Made by a program: the position numbers and the translations under genes
In this document: positions 14,971 through 15,120 of the stretch, piece by piece
How positions within the stretch are numbered: the stretch's first letter is position 1
Layout: each line of letters begins with the position of its first letter
Source of the DNA: Candidatus Sumerlaeia bacterium
GTDB lineage: Bacteria; Sumerlaeota; Sumerlaeia; SLMS01; JANRJK01
Direction: 5' to 3'
Assembly (NCBI GenBank): GCA_033764015.1
Contig: JANRJK010000025.1
Span: 1 to 15,120, forward strand
DNA length: 15,120 bases
The notes under the pieces: generated by a model
Seen by the model: the letters and a program-made list of their open reading frames with translations, nothing else
Database searches by the model: none
What the model was told of the DNA's origin: nothing

Positions 14971-15120
14971 CGATCCCGCCCGGCAGGAACACCGCCGCCG
15001 CCGGCAGCAGCTCCGCCAGCGCGGCGTCCGCCCGCGCCGCCGCGAGCCACGCCAGGCCCGCGCCCGCCGCGCCTCCCGCCCCGCACAGCGACACCGTCGA
15101 CGACGCCGCCAGCAGCGCCA
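14846..15120 (-). CDS. 3' end of a probable FtsX/MacB-like ABC transporter permease (partial, enters from the right edge)
   Basis: The frame is open from 15118 to TGA at 14848-14846: ALLAASSTVSLCGAGGAAGAGLAWLAA...LWSAAAACAAAALAGALPIAPGLWRVLRLPPAELLASR. Two hydrophobic helices are followed by a P...R.LRL.P.E.L ending typical of FtsX-like permeases. Confidence 0.6.
   Translation of the reverse strand, partial: ALLAASSTVSLCGAGGAAGAGLAWLAAARADAALAELLPAAAVFLPGGIATPLWSAAAACAAAALAGALPIAPGLWRVLRLPPAELLASR

Noticed and set aside
1..15120. tRNA, rRNA, CRISPR arrays and known riboswitches
   Set aside because: No cloverleaf, rRNA-like segment, regularly spaced repeat array or recognisable riboswitch consensus in any intergenic gap by eye. 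An Rfam/tRNAscan run is needed to exclude them formally.

Overview
Very GC-rich bacterial chromosomal window. The short C-terminal W-x-x-Y tail of one exported protein tentatively suggests Candidatus Sumerlaeota/BRC1 (recollection, not verified). From left to right it holds: the 5' part of an unknown gene; a membrane-anchored Pro/Thr-linker protein (-); a Crp/Fnr-family regulator (-) divergent from a secreted lamin-tail-like/beta-sandwich protein (+), with a perfect TGTGA-N6-TCACA box exactly midway between their start codons; a DUF4911 - O-antigen-ligase-like/TPR - thrB cluster; an arsenic operon arsR-arsC-arsM-acr3 with a perfect 16-bp operator palindrome and a 106-nt arsR/arsC overlap; a Tat-exported GHL10/DUF187 glycoside hydrolase; an ArnT-like glycosyltransferase divergent from a PAP2 phosphatase; and the 3' end of a probable FtsX-type ABC permease overlapping the PAP2 gene tail to tail. 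I found no rRNA, tRNA, CRISPR array, transposase or integrase. The best candidate for an undescribed system is the Crp-like regulator with a non-canonical ligand pocket, its centred operator, and the secreted protein with a putative lineage-specific C-terminal sorting tail. All family calls come from motif recognition by eye, without database searches.
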